From the NCBI GenBank assembly GCA_965644265.1, contig OZ286460.1, positions 111,352,001 through 111,416,000 on the forward strand: DNA of 64,000 nucleotides, read 5' to 3'. The position numbers were made by a program, and so were the translations under genes. This stretch comes from Glycera tridactyla (Eukaryota). Under the pieces are notes generated by a model, which was given only the letters and a program-made list of their open reading frames with translations, searched no databases and was not told where the DNA came from. This document shows, one piece after another, positions 37,061-49,970 of this stretch (positions within the stretch are counted from its first letter, which is position 1; each line of letters opens with the position of its first letter).

Positions 37061-38821
37061 TGGAGATTGATTTCCACAGGATGAGTTGGGTCATCTATGT
37101 GTTACATGTACAGTCGAACCTGCTCTAAAGACCACCTCTCTATAAAGACCACCTGCCTATGAAGACCGCCCTGAGCTGTGACCATGATAATATTCTCAAC
37201 GGTAAATGACCTCTCTATAAAGACCACCTGCCTATAAAGACCACTTTTTAATGCGACCAAAGGTGGTCTTTATAGACAGGTTTGACCGTATTCGAGGCGT
37301 ACGAGTTGGCTTCGTTGAGATGAGGTCCGCCTTCAGTGAAGGCTATGTTTGTAAATACAGTCGAACCTGTTCTAAAGACCACCTCTCTATAAAGACCACC
37401 CTGATCTGCGACTGTGGTAGTATTTTCAACAGTGAACAACCTCTCTGTAAAGACCACTTTTTGATGCGACCGAAGGCGGTCTTTATAAACAGGTTCGACT
37501 GTACAACCTGATTTGTTGTGTACATATATACATTATTAATGAAAAAAAAATAATTGTCTCACATCCTGAGAGATCATATTGGTGACATTTAGAGTGGTCT
37601 GTTGTTGCATGCTTCACTGTACTAAATAGATCTGGCAATAGACCATCTACCTTGAAAATTATTCTCTGATACTGCTGTTTCTATTTCACCAGGAAATCAT
37701 GACTATATTTATCGAGTAAGATCAATTCTCTATGGATCAATTGCATATTTGTTTTATTTATCTAAGCTTTTTTAGTACAGAAATGTCAAATAATTGCTTA
37801 TGCACTGAGATGATCAATATTGCTTCAGCCTGATTGTCTTCTTTTCTTTCATCATCTTTGTTCGCAGGATCTGCAGAGAAGAATGTCTCTTTTGCTCAAG
37901 TGAGATTAATCAGTTTTTGTGAAAAGCGATTCATTACGGTAACAAGCGTGGATCGTCACATTCATCATTCTATATTGGCGATATCATGATGCATGAGTGA
38001 CCGGACCAATCAGCAAGCATCCTTCTTGTTTGTTGCTCATCTATTACACTTGTGCCGCTTACATACTGACACTAATTGGCAGAGCTTTGTACACCAGAGA
38101 TCTTATCATTGTAGCTCTACAATTCCGTTTCCTCAACATTATTGTAACGGCCCATTTTCATCTCCTGCATTGTGTGTACATCAGGTAACATTCTCGCTGG
38201 CGTATCTTTCTCATTCTTACAACAAAATTTGCACCAGTATAATGACTGACACATCGACTGATGTTATAACATCACTTTAACTAAAGCTGGGTTTGTATGA
38301 ACCTGGATGATGAATGAGTCTCTAAAACTGTACTTGATGCACACCTACCCTGCTATCATATATGTGAAAACGGTGTAGATTGACCAAATTTCATTTTTGA
38401 GTGAAACTTTCACCCTAGGAAGCTCATGTTTGGGTTACCATGGAAACCAATTTAGGGCAGTTCTGTCAAAACAAGCTTCAGATCCATGATGCACATCTTC
38501 CCTGCTATCATATATGTGAAAATGGTATGGATTGATCAAACTTCATTTTTGACTAATTCTACTTCTGGGCATGAGACAAAATTGGAGGAATTGTCAGTAG
38601 TTACTCTCAAGTAGTTCAGAACTTTCTGTATCCATTCTCTAGATGAATACTGATCTAAATTGATGGCCGGGAAAAATGTACTCCATGTTCTCCTTGAGCA
38701 TGTGTGGCGTATTTGGGCTTCAGGGGATGTCTGTTATCAGTGGTGAGTTGAAAGCTATATTTATCATTTTGTCAATGCTAGTGCATTCAAGGACAGATAA
38801 TATATTATAGAATGAGAAATG

Positions 38822-39190
38822 TAGATAATGCCGTCGAGCGGTGTGACGGCATTGTTACAGCAAGTGCATGGCGTATTGGTGACTTGATTACTGCGTCATA
38901 ATCACTTTCACTTTGACATGATATATACTTGGGTCATTCCTGGGGTGCCTATGTCCCGGATCTGGAATAAAATTTACCGTTTTATCACAAATGATTAATG
39001 AAACCATTATTACATATGCATAAATACTCAACTTGAGGGAGATAGAGACAGTGACAGAGGGAGACAGAGAGAGACAGACAGAGAGACAGGCAGAGAGACA
39101 GGCAGACAGACAGATAGACAGACACACAGACACACAGACATGAAGATCATTGATTATAGATGTTCCATCCTATTGGACAGCTACATTGGA
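38822..39190 (-). mobile_element. Second HINE-like element, minus orientation
   Basis: Hairpin AATGCCGTC-9nt-GACGGCATT (38827-38853) at the 3' end and a (GTCT)-type microsatellite (39040-39139) near the 5' end. Confidence 0.5.
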
Positions 39191-40161
39191 CAAAACATGT
39201 GAGATTGCGGGATGCTTGATTGATTTGAAACAGAGATGTGTGTAATACGGACAATCATGTCATTAGACAAAGCCGTCCCTAATCACACTTGTGTTGTTCT
39301 CGCTGATCGATGTGGCCATTTATACTCTTATCTTTTTTCCAGTTCTGATAATGATTCGCATGCAGCTCATTTGTTGAAATGTTACACTCTGATTGATGTG
39401 GTGACTGGGCACTCTTCTGGCAGTGATTGTATACATTGTGGCTTGAAGCTGGTATTGTTTGTGGATGCAGCCTGGCATATACAATGATATATCGCTCCTC
39501 GGCAAAACAGATTGCCTGTCACTTGCATTTTGTCTTAGTGTTTAATTCCTTTGCAGGCGTCTTGATGGTGTAATTATCCCAGAAGATGTTATTTCTGCTT
39601 CTATAGTCATTCATTCAGCAGATTTGCACCATTTCATTCCCAGTGAATGCAGTATACACATTTAGGTAGATTGCTGCCTGTGGAAAGGTTCAATACTGAG
39701 TAAATTGCTGGGAAGGTAGCCTTTCTCAGAGATGATATTTCATTTTATATGGCCTCAGCAGATGAAAGTCATGGTGGAAAGGCACTTTCACATACAATCC
39801 ATGTCCACGCATTGAAGGCCATTCCTGGGGGGGGGGGGGGGGGGGGGGGCTGTTCCCAATCCTGAGTGCAGAAATCCGGGTTGTTGCCAATCCCGGATGT
39901 TGAAGTCTTGGATGTGTTGGCACTGAGTGATTCACCCTTATCTAATCAGGTGCTGCAGATTGTCAAATTATTAATACTTGTCAAATGAAGGTGTTTCTGT
40001 GATATATTTTGAGTTTGATTGCCTTTGTTTCAGGTGAGTCTTCTACACAACCTCCATCTCAGATTACATCTCAGGTGAGTGCTTTATGATCACATTTCTG
40101 TTTGTATGCTTACACAAGCCTCGAGACTGCCCTACTGGCACAAACATATATTCTTAGGGCT

Positions 40162-40258
40162 AGCAGTATCTTTTTATCACTCTGCGTGCCCAATGGGTGG
40201 GTACATTACCATTGTTTTCCCCATCGTTCTTTACGCCTAAGGGGCAGTATGTTTTTGC

Positions 40259-40331
<73 letters not shown>

Positions 40332-41000
40332 CGAAGTGCATGCACATGTGTGTTACCCTTGGGTTCCCCTACCAAGATTTCTATCGATTTTGGTGTGGCT
40401 ATCTAAAATGTCAAGGTCACAGGGTTCAAGTAGGTCATGAATCGACTTCATCGTTTCCGGATGATAACTCAAAATATTACAGAGCTATTCATTTAATACT
40501 TGGCAGACTCACCCATAGTAGGCCAGGCAAGACTGTGACAAAGCTGCGTCTAGGCTGCGCCATTGCAGGATTTACGTGAAAAAAACATTAGCGTGATTCG
40601 AATATGAGTGCGCCAACTGCTATGCTTTTATCGAAATATCTTTGCAATTTGAGGGGCAAAATGTGCCACAAACCTGTCATCATGTTTAATTTGAAGAAAT
40701 CCGGCTTTATGACTTGCGCAACTACCATTGCTAAAGGTGCAAGGAAGACGGTGACTTGTCTTTTCAATTCCGGTTGGCTCGTAGAATTAGAAGGGGTCTA
40801 TCTAGGCTAATCAGCATGCATGTTTCAAACTGCGCAGTTCGCAGAACATCCTCGAGATGGCGGATATTCATCAAATGAAACCAATTTTTGCAGCACCATC
40901 CCATGTGTGAGCGGCAATTTTCGGAACTATTGACGGGTTGGAGAAGGATCATGCGCGATTATCAGCTGGTCAGCCCAGTGGCCTAGACATCGTTTTGGCG
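40162..41000 (+). mobile_element. Third HINE-like element with (GT)n near its 5' end; right boundary uncertain
   Basis: TTTTTATCAC...GGGGCAGTATGTTTTTGCCTAG-(TG)n at 40262-40326, followed by ...TCAAGGTCACAGGGTTCAAG...-type internal sequence typical of this class. Confidence 0.4.
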
Positions 41001-41084
41001 TGAAAAAATATGTTCTGTGCCGATTCACATCATGTATGGGTGAGTAACTGCAGGTTTTGCCATACATGTCCAATTTATTGACAG

Positions 41085-41600
41085 GTGGTGGTGGATGGAT
41101 GGGGTGTTGGTTGAGGTGGTCGGTGGATAAGTGGGGTTGTGAGTAGGTGAGTGGGTCAGGTGTTGATGTGGCTGGTTGGTGGATCATGGGCTTGTGGGTG
41201 GGGTGTTGGTTGAGGTGGTTTGTGGATGAGAGGGGTTGTGGATGGGGTGTTAGTTGAGGTGGTTTGTGGATGAGTGGGGTTGTGGATGGGCTTGTGGGTG
41301 GGGTGTTGGTTGATGTGGTTTGTTGTTGAGTGGGGTTGTGGATGGGCGGGGAACTGGGGTGTTGGCTGAGGTGGTTTGTTGTTTAGTGGGGTTGTGGATG
41401 GGCGGGTGGGTGGGGTGTTGGTTGAGGTGGTCTGTGGATGAGTGGGGTTGTGGATGGGTGGGTGGGTGGGGTGTTGGTTGAGATGGTTGGTGGATGGGTG
41501 GTGGTGGATGGCTTGGTTGATGGGTGAGTGGGTTGGTTGAGGTGGGTGGATGAGTGGGCTTTTGGGTGGGTGGGTTAAAGTGGTGGGATGATGGTGGTGA
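41085..41600. repeat. Complex G/T-rich low-complexity repeat
   Basis: Repeated GGGGTGTTGGTTGAGGTGGT...GTGGATG modules. The Pro/His/Thr ORF 41250-41675 is an artefact of this. Confidence 0.85.
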
Positions 41601-43046
41601 GTGGGTCAGATTGTGTCCCTGCTGGATACACGCTCCCCAAAAAACGAACCTACATTTCTCAGATGCATGGGCCAATTGGCCGATATTTTTGAAATCCTAG
41701 ATGCAGCTCTGCTGTAATTGATATGCACGTGCCTGAAATGAGGGTCACAGAATGCAAAAAAGTCATAATTAGTTTCTGGATTATATGTTTCCGGATTATA
41801 CATTGCATAGATTATGCCTTCGAATACTAGAGTATAGCATGACCGACCACGACCACGCAGTCGGTGGGGCACTAGCAATCACTGATTGCATCTAGTATAG
41901 TGTGATTATATGAAGGAGGGCAGGTGGAAATTCCACTTCATCTGTCCTTAAAAATGCTGAAGGAAAGGGAGATCCACCACAAGCACTATCATTTTGAACA
42001 TTTGCTGTGTGTATGCGAAAGACATTGGCTGCAGCAATGTAAATGGAGGATTCAGCATGCCACGAATCCCACTGTTAGAGCTGACTGCAAGCCCCCAGAA
42101 TTGGGCCCCAGGTATAACATCCTGGGAATTCTGATGAGCTATTTACATCTCAATTCCCGGGTTTTTCCCCTGATTGGATTACATTTTTTGCCTCATTCAG
42201 TGTCATCTGATAATAGAGTAATACTCTTTGGCTCATTTTTTTCTCCTGTAGTGTTTCACTCAATTTGAAAAGGTATTAGTGTGAGATGAGAATGGGGCCA
42301 GATCTGCAGAGAAATGTTGTTAATGAATCCATGGTTGCTCAGCCGTCCAATTAATATCTCTCAATTATTGTGGAAACTCTTTCATCCTCAGATTTATGAG
42401 AATATCCAAACAGACGCACTTGTTTAAATATCCACCATCTTAGTTCAAATATTGTAATGAAATTTGAGAATCTTTATAGTATCCCTGTAGTATCACTGTA
42501 GTATCGCTGAGGTCAGCCACACATGCTCATCGAAGGTCAGGGTCATTTGGGGCATTGAAAATCAGTGCCCACTGCATTACATGCAAATTTCAAGCCTCTG
42601 TTGGTCACAGGTATTTCATCCTTTCCATGTGAAATTTGGCGTGTACTTTTTTGCCCAATATGGTTGACCTCAGCACAGCTTCAAAGTCATGGACCAAACA
42701 ATTTTTTTCCCAGAATTTTCATACAGAAATGTTGCCTTAGCAATTGAATGTGTGACCATGTGTCATATGTCAGAGCATGCTAATAGGAAAAACTGAGAAT
42801 TCACATTTGTTTCTTGTTTTTTTTTTCTCCCTCATTTTTAATTTTTTGGGGAAATTTCTTCAAGGGTTCAATGCATTCACCATTACATGAAGTTTCAATG
42901 ATTGTTTTAGGTTAACAACTTTGAGGACCATACAGCAAACTCAAATCTGATCTTGACTTGCCGGAAGTCCTCTGGTAATTCCAGAACAAACTCTTGTAAA
43001 GTTTTCACTATTGATCATATGTCATTTAAACCAGGTATTCAAGATA

Positions 43047-43831
43047 CCGTATATACTGGCATATAAGGCGACTTGACGTATAAGTCGACCCCCCGATTTC
43101 GCCTCTAAAAGTCGGGATTTAGTCAATTTCTTGTGTATAAGTCGACCCCATAATCTTGCTCGAACATCCCGAATATCGACGAAAATGTCAACGAGAAACG
43201 ACACATGGACCACTGAGAGAAGCCAATTCACGCCTTACCCCGGCTTTTGTCAAGTCGTTCGCACCGTTATACATCGATAATTCACGAGTCAAATCCATGA
43301 CTAGATGATTCCCGCCCCTGAAAATACGTATCAACGCTGAATATTCGTGTATTTCGCGATAAAAACAAAAGGCTGGCATGCTTGAAAGCGATTTGGGCGC
43401 CATTGTCGTGAAGTCGGAGTCCCCGGATGTATACCAAAACAGGAACCAGAATACGTAATTAGCATACGGCCTTGACCTTATCGTCTGCTCGAGATGGCGG
43501 AACTTTCTGGATTTGTTGTTTTCGTCTAATGTTTTCATCACGTTTATGGCGAAATCGTTGATATTTTCTCAGAAACGATCGTTAAATATGCAAGTAGAGT
43601 CATCAATCGTGTGTTTGGTACTATTTATTAACATCCAGGTGTATTCTGGCCATTTTCAAGCGCGATCGTTCGAGAAAAACATCGTTGTCAACAGCTGGTC
43701 AGCATGGATTCTCTCTCATTTTTGGTTCGAAAAATCTTCAATTTCCTCCATATCGGGCATATAAGTCGACCCCCTTGTTTTTGGCTCGGATTTTGGCGAA
43801 AAAAACTCGACTTATACGCCAGTATATACGG
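43047..43831. mobile_element. Non-autonomous Tc1/mariner element with CCGTA-type TIR, 785 bp
   Basis: TA|CCGTATATACTGGCATATAAGGCGA...TCGACTTATACGCCAGTATATACGG|TA. Repeated TATAAGTCGACCCC subterminal motif. CpG-rich. No transposase motifs in the internal ORFs. Confidence 0.88.
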
Positions 43832-46107
43832 TAAGTAAGATTTAATTTCAGGCTGGTCCATTATGAAGGTGCTAGCTGCATGATATGGGTGATTATTCTT
43901 CATCCCCCCCCCCCCCCCAAAAAAAAATAGAAAGATTCCTGGAATCTGAGGACTGTCTAGTCAGATGGCCGAATGTGCTTCCACTGAGGGTTCCCAGATG
44001 TCACTTCACATGCTGCCTGGGAGATATCGATTCTGGTCTCCAAGGTGACATCTCCTCGCCAGAAGAATGAGAGAAAAACATGGCTGGGTTAGCTGCATGG
44101 ATCTGGGTAATCAGGTCACTGTTGAATGCTAATAAGCCAGGAATTAACCCTGGTGGCGACCTGTGTCAATAAACGGAGGGTCCAGAGGGTTCCCGCCACA
44201 GTCCCTCCCTGCACACAGCCTATGTCTACTGCAACGGATCTCAAGATTTTTCAATCCCCCCAATTTTTCCATTTACATGTTGGGACCTCTTCCCAGGCTT
44301 GCAGGGGCTGTCACTGTCTACAGTATAGCAAGAGGTGTGATTTGTCAATTTGCTCTTTATGAGAAGCATACATGAAATTGGAGAAGATTGGGAATGAACG
44401 AATAGGCTGCAAATGCCCTGATTGAGCCCGATAACATGTTACACTTTACCTGGGCCCTTCCTCACCACATATTACAGTGAATTGCCCTTCCGCTGCAGAA
44501 TCAGTCATCAGTATTGGCCTATTTGGAATGATATCTGCAGGTGGGTGGTGGAACCTGTCTGCAAGTCTGGGTACAGCCATGACCAGAAATGTGAAATGAT
44601 GCCAGTTTTCCCATTCTTTGGTTGAGTTTCTGATAACTGTATGTGGACGGAGAGTTGTGGAAATTGAATCCAATACTGACTAGCTATGAAAAATGCCATC
44701 TGAGCTGGATCTACTCATGTTTGCTGAAATTCTTTTGTTTTCCAGCTCACTGACCTTAACCATTGCCACTCTGTCATGGCTGCTATTTGCTTCTCACCAA
44801 AATGTGAAAAAATGCGAGAAAAATTACCTCTTTCTCAAAACTGTGCTGATTCATGCTTGGAGAGTGAATCAGTGATCCGGCATGTTTATTAAGTAAATTC
44901 ACAAGTGGATGACGCCCTCCCAAGTCTGTGTTGGTGCTAGCCATTAGCCAGTTAGCCAGGGGCTGAAGCTTTCTCCATCTGGCTAAACAAATTGACGAGT
45001 CTTTAGCCAGACGAATAATTAGTCTGAGACAAATGAAGCCAGCAATCATATCTGCTCATATATCTGCTAGTAATGTGAAGTCTGTGTTTGATCATATTTG
45101 GGGGCTGATAGATTTCTCCTGTCGGGAAAACAATACACCAGTTTGAAATGAAACTCATTGCAAAATTGGAGTTACCTTACAATGCATTTGGCTAAAAATG
45201 GGATTGTTACTTTAGCCAAATTTGCTATGGAATTTTTTTTGTAGTATTTCTGAAGCATTTCAGTTGTACAGGATTCAAAGCCAATGGTATTTCCAACCTC
45301 CCAGGGTGGATTTTGCAGTATCTTAGTTGCAGGTGAAAGAGCTGGTTGTCCCAGTATGCAAATGATGGTGAAGTTCAATTTGTGGCGTGGTAATGAAATA
45401 TGATACACTATCAGCCGGGTTTTGTCTCATCGGCTCATTGTAAAAGTCTCATGGCTCTTGCTGTGGTGATATTTTTTCCAATCTGTAATATAAGCATGGA
45501 ATGCTGCAACCTCTGGCATTGTGGCAAGGGTTGCCAGCGGGAGCTTTCTTGCATCAGCCAGGGAAGAGAGGCAAAAACAGAATGCATACATAATCACTTG
45601 GCCACTTAAGTGATTTGGCCAATCAATTTGCATTCTTGATCAGCCGCATTCAAGAGCTGTTAACCTCCGCTGGGCTCTACAAAAACACACGGCTCAATCT
45701 GTTTTACAAGCATGACAATGAAATGTTTGATATTTCATGATTGATGAGAAACAACTTGCATAATTAACTCTTTCCTGCTTACATGTTGTGCTAATCATTC
45801 ACCCATTAAGCAGGAGCTCCCGCCAGGCTGCCGGTATCCATTACCTAGTTATGATTTATCAAGAAGGCTAATCAAAGATGATATGAGAGTTGCCAGAATG
45901 GTCATAACTCATGCTTCGATAATAACAGGCTCATTTCGCGCCAATTTCACCAGGTTCCCCATAATCTTGTGTTCAGGGTTTGGCAGAGTGATGTCTGCAG
46001 GAGAGAGAACATCCATAGCTTTCATTGACCAGGAACACATGGCATACATAATCCTATGGGTTGATACATGCTGTTAAACCTCAAATAAACAAACAAATCA
46101 CCAAGTA

Positions 46108-47250
46108 CAATAAAACCTGTCTATAGTGAAAAGTCACAGGCCAGATTTCTTTTTCACTGTAGACAGGATTTCACTGTAGAGGGAATTTTCAGTGATTTTC
46201 ATGTGGGCGATATAATATCGCGTATAAACGAACAATTCACGACTTCAAGATCAGCGTCTCTTCCATGCGCCCCAAACTCGCAATAATAGTCAGAAACTCT
46301 CCAAAACATTCGCCTGAATAGATTGGGTGATGCTGAAAACCATGGTTATCTCACATTTTTGATAGGACGTGTTTAAATGGGATTGGGGAGCCACCAAACA
46401 TAGGGTGGAACACGGATAAAGTTATGAACTCGCTGAAAAAATGATCTTGCCAGCTTGTCTATCACATCAAGAGAAGTATAAGCAATATCCAAATGAACCA
46501 TATATCAGACGAATCCTGGGAATATCGTGCAGTATACTGTTGGTACAGTTTGATTTTATATCCTATAGTTTTTTCGTAATGGTGAGGTGAACAATTTGCA
46601 TTGCGAGCATTAAGTGAGTGAATTTCAAGATGGCGGCTGTGAAATTCCCTGTGTTCATTCCGCACTGCTTGTCATTCATCGCAAATTTCGATAAGATGTA
46701 TTCGTTTGAGCGCTTGAATATTCATTGCAATTTATTCCTCTGTGCTCAAATATGATAGATTGAGTGATAAATCCCAAAAATATGATGGATGTCGCCTGTA
46801 AATCCATGATGAAGACCAGTGTAGTCAAGTCTAGGCACCCACAATTCTTTGCGCAGATGGAGTTCTTGGCCTCCTGGGCCCACTACGTCATTATTTCTTG
46901 TGGGAATTCCAGGGAAACCCAAAATCATCATCTCGATCGATCGTGTAAGATGCGCAGAAGACATACGGCTGCACAACTTCTTGGGATTCGCGAGCAGAAT
47001 GTGTAGAACTGCCCCCATGTGCTGGATGTCATGTCTATCATATGCGGCAGTTTCGATGTCAACTTCGTTTTTCACTATATACAGGACGGAAGGCTCTGCG
47101 AGACCAAAAATGTCGTTTCATTGTTTGCAGGAGACAGGTTTTCACCATATACAGGTCAATTATAGTGAAAAAACGTTCGGGGGACCTTGGGGTATGTGCT
47201 GTAGACAGGATTTCACTGTGGACAGGATTACATTCAAGCAGGTTTTACTG
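46108..47250. mobile_element. Long (1143 bp) member of MITE subfamily C
   Basis: TA|CAATAAAACCTGTCTATAGTGAAAAGTCAC...CAGGTTTTACTG|TA. Both ends match the 176-bp MITE at 12354-12529. CpG-rich interior with no recognisable ORF. Confidence 0.8.
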
Positions 47251-48119
47251 TAGTTAATCCACTCAAAGAAGGACTAATGCTCTCTGTCATGGTGAAGTAT
47301 GAATTGGCTTCTAACCTATGTGTGAAGATCATGCCCCGCAGTGTGTAACACCCTAGTGGGAGTGCTCTATCCTTCAGTCAACAGTTTTTTTCATGAAGAA
47401 AAATTAAAGAATACCCCAAAAAAGTACAAAATCCTGCCCGGGTTGAAGATACGTTGAGTCCAACTCAATCAATCAGTCTCCTGTGAATTCAATTTTGTCC
47501 TAAATTTGGTTCTTGTCTTTTTTGATAATAGGCATGAACTAATGGGGTTTGCTAATTTGGTTTCTACCTATTCGTGTCCTGGATTCATTATCAACGGAAG
47601 CTGATTTCAGATTTTAATGAGTTCACAAAATGCCACTCACCACCATTGTTACGATGAGATATCTTTGGAAGAAAAACTGTCCCAAAGTTTTCCAAATGTT
47701 CAGTTTTCAGGATATACCCAAGAGACTAGAGAGATCATCCCAACTTCACAGATAATCACTTGCAGTCACAAAATGCAGCAATTTGAAATTTGATGAATTT
47801 GGACAAATGATGGAATTCATGCAGGTTTTGAATTAATTTTATTGCCCATCCGTCAGATGGTGGGATATCGATTGCATGTGACAAGATGTCCGTGAAACAA
47901 CCTATGCCACCAGATGGAGGTGGGTGTGACGGCAATCAGCGGGAATACAATGTAATGAAGAGCCGGCTATTGATGGGGGTAGGAGGGAGGGGAGAATCGG
48001 TGACAATGATGTGTGGTCAGCATAGAGCTCTACTTTAAAGTCCTTTTAAAATCAATCAGACACGAGAGTCAAGTGCAGAGGGGGAAGTCTCTCTGATCAT
48101 TCCATATTCGGAGCAACTG

Positions 48120-49970
48120 TGAATGATTTGTGTTGAGATCACCTAATAACCATGCATGATGCCTCCATGTGAGATCACCTAATAACCATGCATGATACCT
48201 CCATGTGAGATCACCTAATAACCATGCATGATGCCTCCATGTGAGATCACCCAATAACCGTGCATGATACCTCCATGTGAGATCACTTAATAACCGTGTA
48301 TGATGCCTCCATGTGAGATCACCTAATAACCATGCATGATACCTCCATGTGAGATCACCTAATAACCGTGCATGATACCTCCATGTGAGATCACCTAATA
48401 AACATGCATGATACCTCCATGTGAGGTCACCTAATAACAGAGATGCCGCCAAGCCGCGCGATCGCGGGATGCTCGCGATTCCTCCATCATCGCCCGCGCT
48501 CCATGAGCATCACTGCGTGAACGAAAACGCGATATCCCGCGATTAGATTCAGCCAGTGCGCGAACAAAAATCGAGAAATATGCGGAAAACGTTAGTCATT
48601 TCTTCAAACACGAACGATATTCGGCCATCTTGATCGAGAACTGCGCAGCTTTTGCCGTGAGACTCGTAAAAATGTCTTCTGCGCATGTTGTTTTCCGCGT
48701 TAGTTCCCGATAATTCCGCGATGTGGCGCTGTTCGCTTCTTGGTTGAGGCAATCACAGCGCCACTCGGCTCGTAGTGAGATTAATGCGAACTATCGGCAG
48801 CTTCGTTTTGGCGCGAAAATTTGAATGCTAGTATGGTGAACGTGTCAGATTGACTAAGTACCCAATCAGTGAGTGGGTTATTCCAGTAATAGTCAAACCT
48901 GCTCAAACCACCTTCCCTAAAAGACCACTTTCCTACTAAAACCCCTTTTTTCATCCAACCAGTTGCAATGAATTAACATACTTTTTTCAAACAAATTCTA
49001 TTTGATTTCCAGATGAATTGGCTATAGTGTTGTATAATTTAATGTCATAATACGACTTCTAGATATTAAAAAAACGTTCCTGAAAATTGGAAATGAAGAT
49101 CCCCCTCTTCATATGTAAGATCCCCCTCATTTCAGAAGTCTGGGGGGGAATTCCCCCTCCGGGAAAATATCCTGGAAGCATCTCTGTAATAACCATGCAT
49201 GATGCCTCCATGTGAGATCCCATAATAACTGTTCATGATGCCTCCATGTGAAATCCCCTAATAACCATGCATGATGCCTCCATGTGAGATCCCATAATAA
49301 CTGTTCATGATGCCTCCATGTGAAATCCCCTAATAAACGTGCATGATGCCTCCATGTGAGATCACCTAATAACTGTGCATGATACCTCCATGTGAGTTCA
49401 CCTAATAACCATGCATGATGCCTCCATGTGAGATCACCTAATAACTGTGCATGATGCCTCCATGTGAGATCACCTAATAACTGTGCATGATACCTCCATG
49501 TGAGTGCTCCTAGTAACCATGCATGATGCCTCCATGTGAGATCACCTAATAACTGTGCATGATACCTCCATGTGAGATCACCTAATAACTGTGCATGATG
49601 CCTCCATGTGAGATCACCTAATAACTGTGCATGATACCTCCATGTGAGTTCACCTAATAACCATGCATGATGCCTCCATGTGAGATCACCTAATAACCAT
49701 GCATGATACCTCCATGTGAGATCACCTAATAACCATGCATGATGCCTCCATGTGAGTTCACCTAATAACCATGCATGATGCCTCCATGTGAGATCACCTA
49801 ATAACTGTGCATGATACCTCCATGTGAGTGCTCCTAAAAACCATGCACAATACCTCCATGTGAGATCACCTAATAACTGTGCATGATGCCTCCATGTGAG
49901 ATCACCTAATAACCATGCACAATACCTCCACGTGAGATCACCTAATAACCGTGCATGATGCCTCCATGTG
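48120..49970. repeat. 36-bp minisatellite array interrupted by a 749-bp element
   Basis: Unit GAGATCACCTAATAACCATGCATGATGCCTCCATGT (LLGDLTWRYHAW period in the minus ORF). Arrays at 48120-48437 and 49187-49970. Confidence 0.95.
48438..49186. mobile_element. hAT-like non-autonomous element with CAGAGATGC TIR and 6-bp TSD TAATAA
   Basis: CACC-TAATAA|CAGAGATGCC...AAGCATCTCTG|TAATAA-CCATG. The surrounding repeat unit (CACCTAATAACCATG) supplies the empty site. Confidence 0.88.

Noticed and set aside
41698-41894. TAGATGCA...TGCATCTA candidate hAT MITE
   Set aside because: Only an 8-9 bp inverted match and no flanking duplication.
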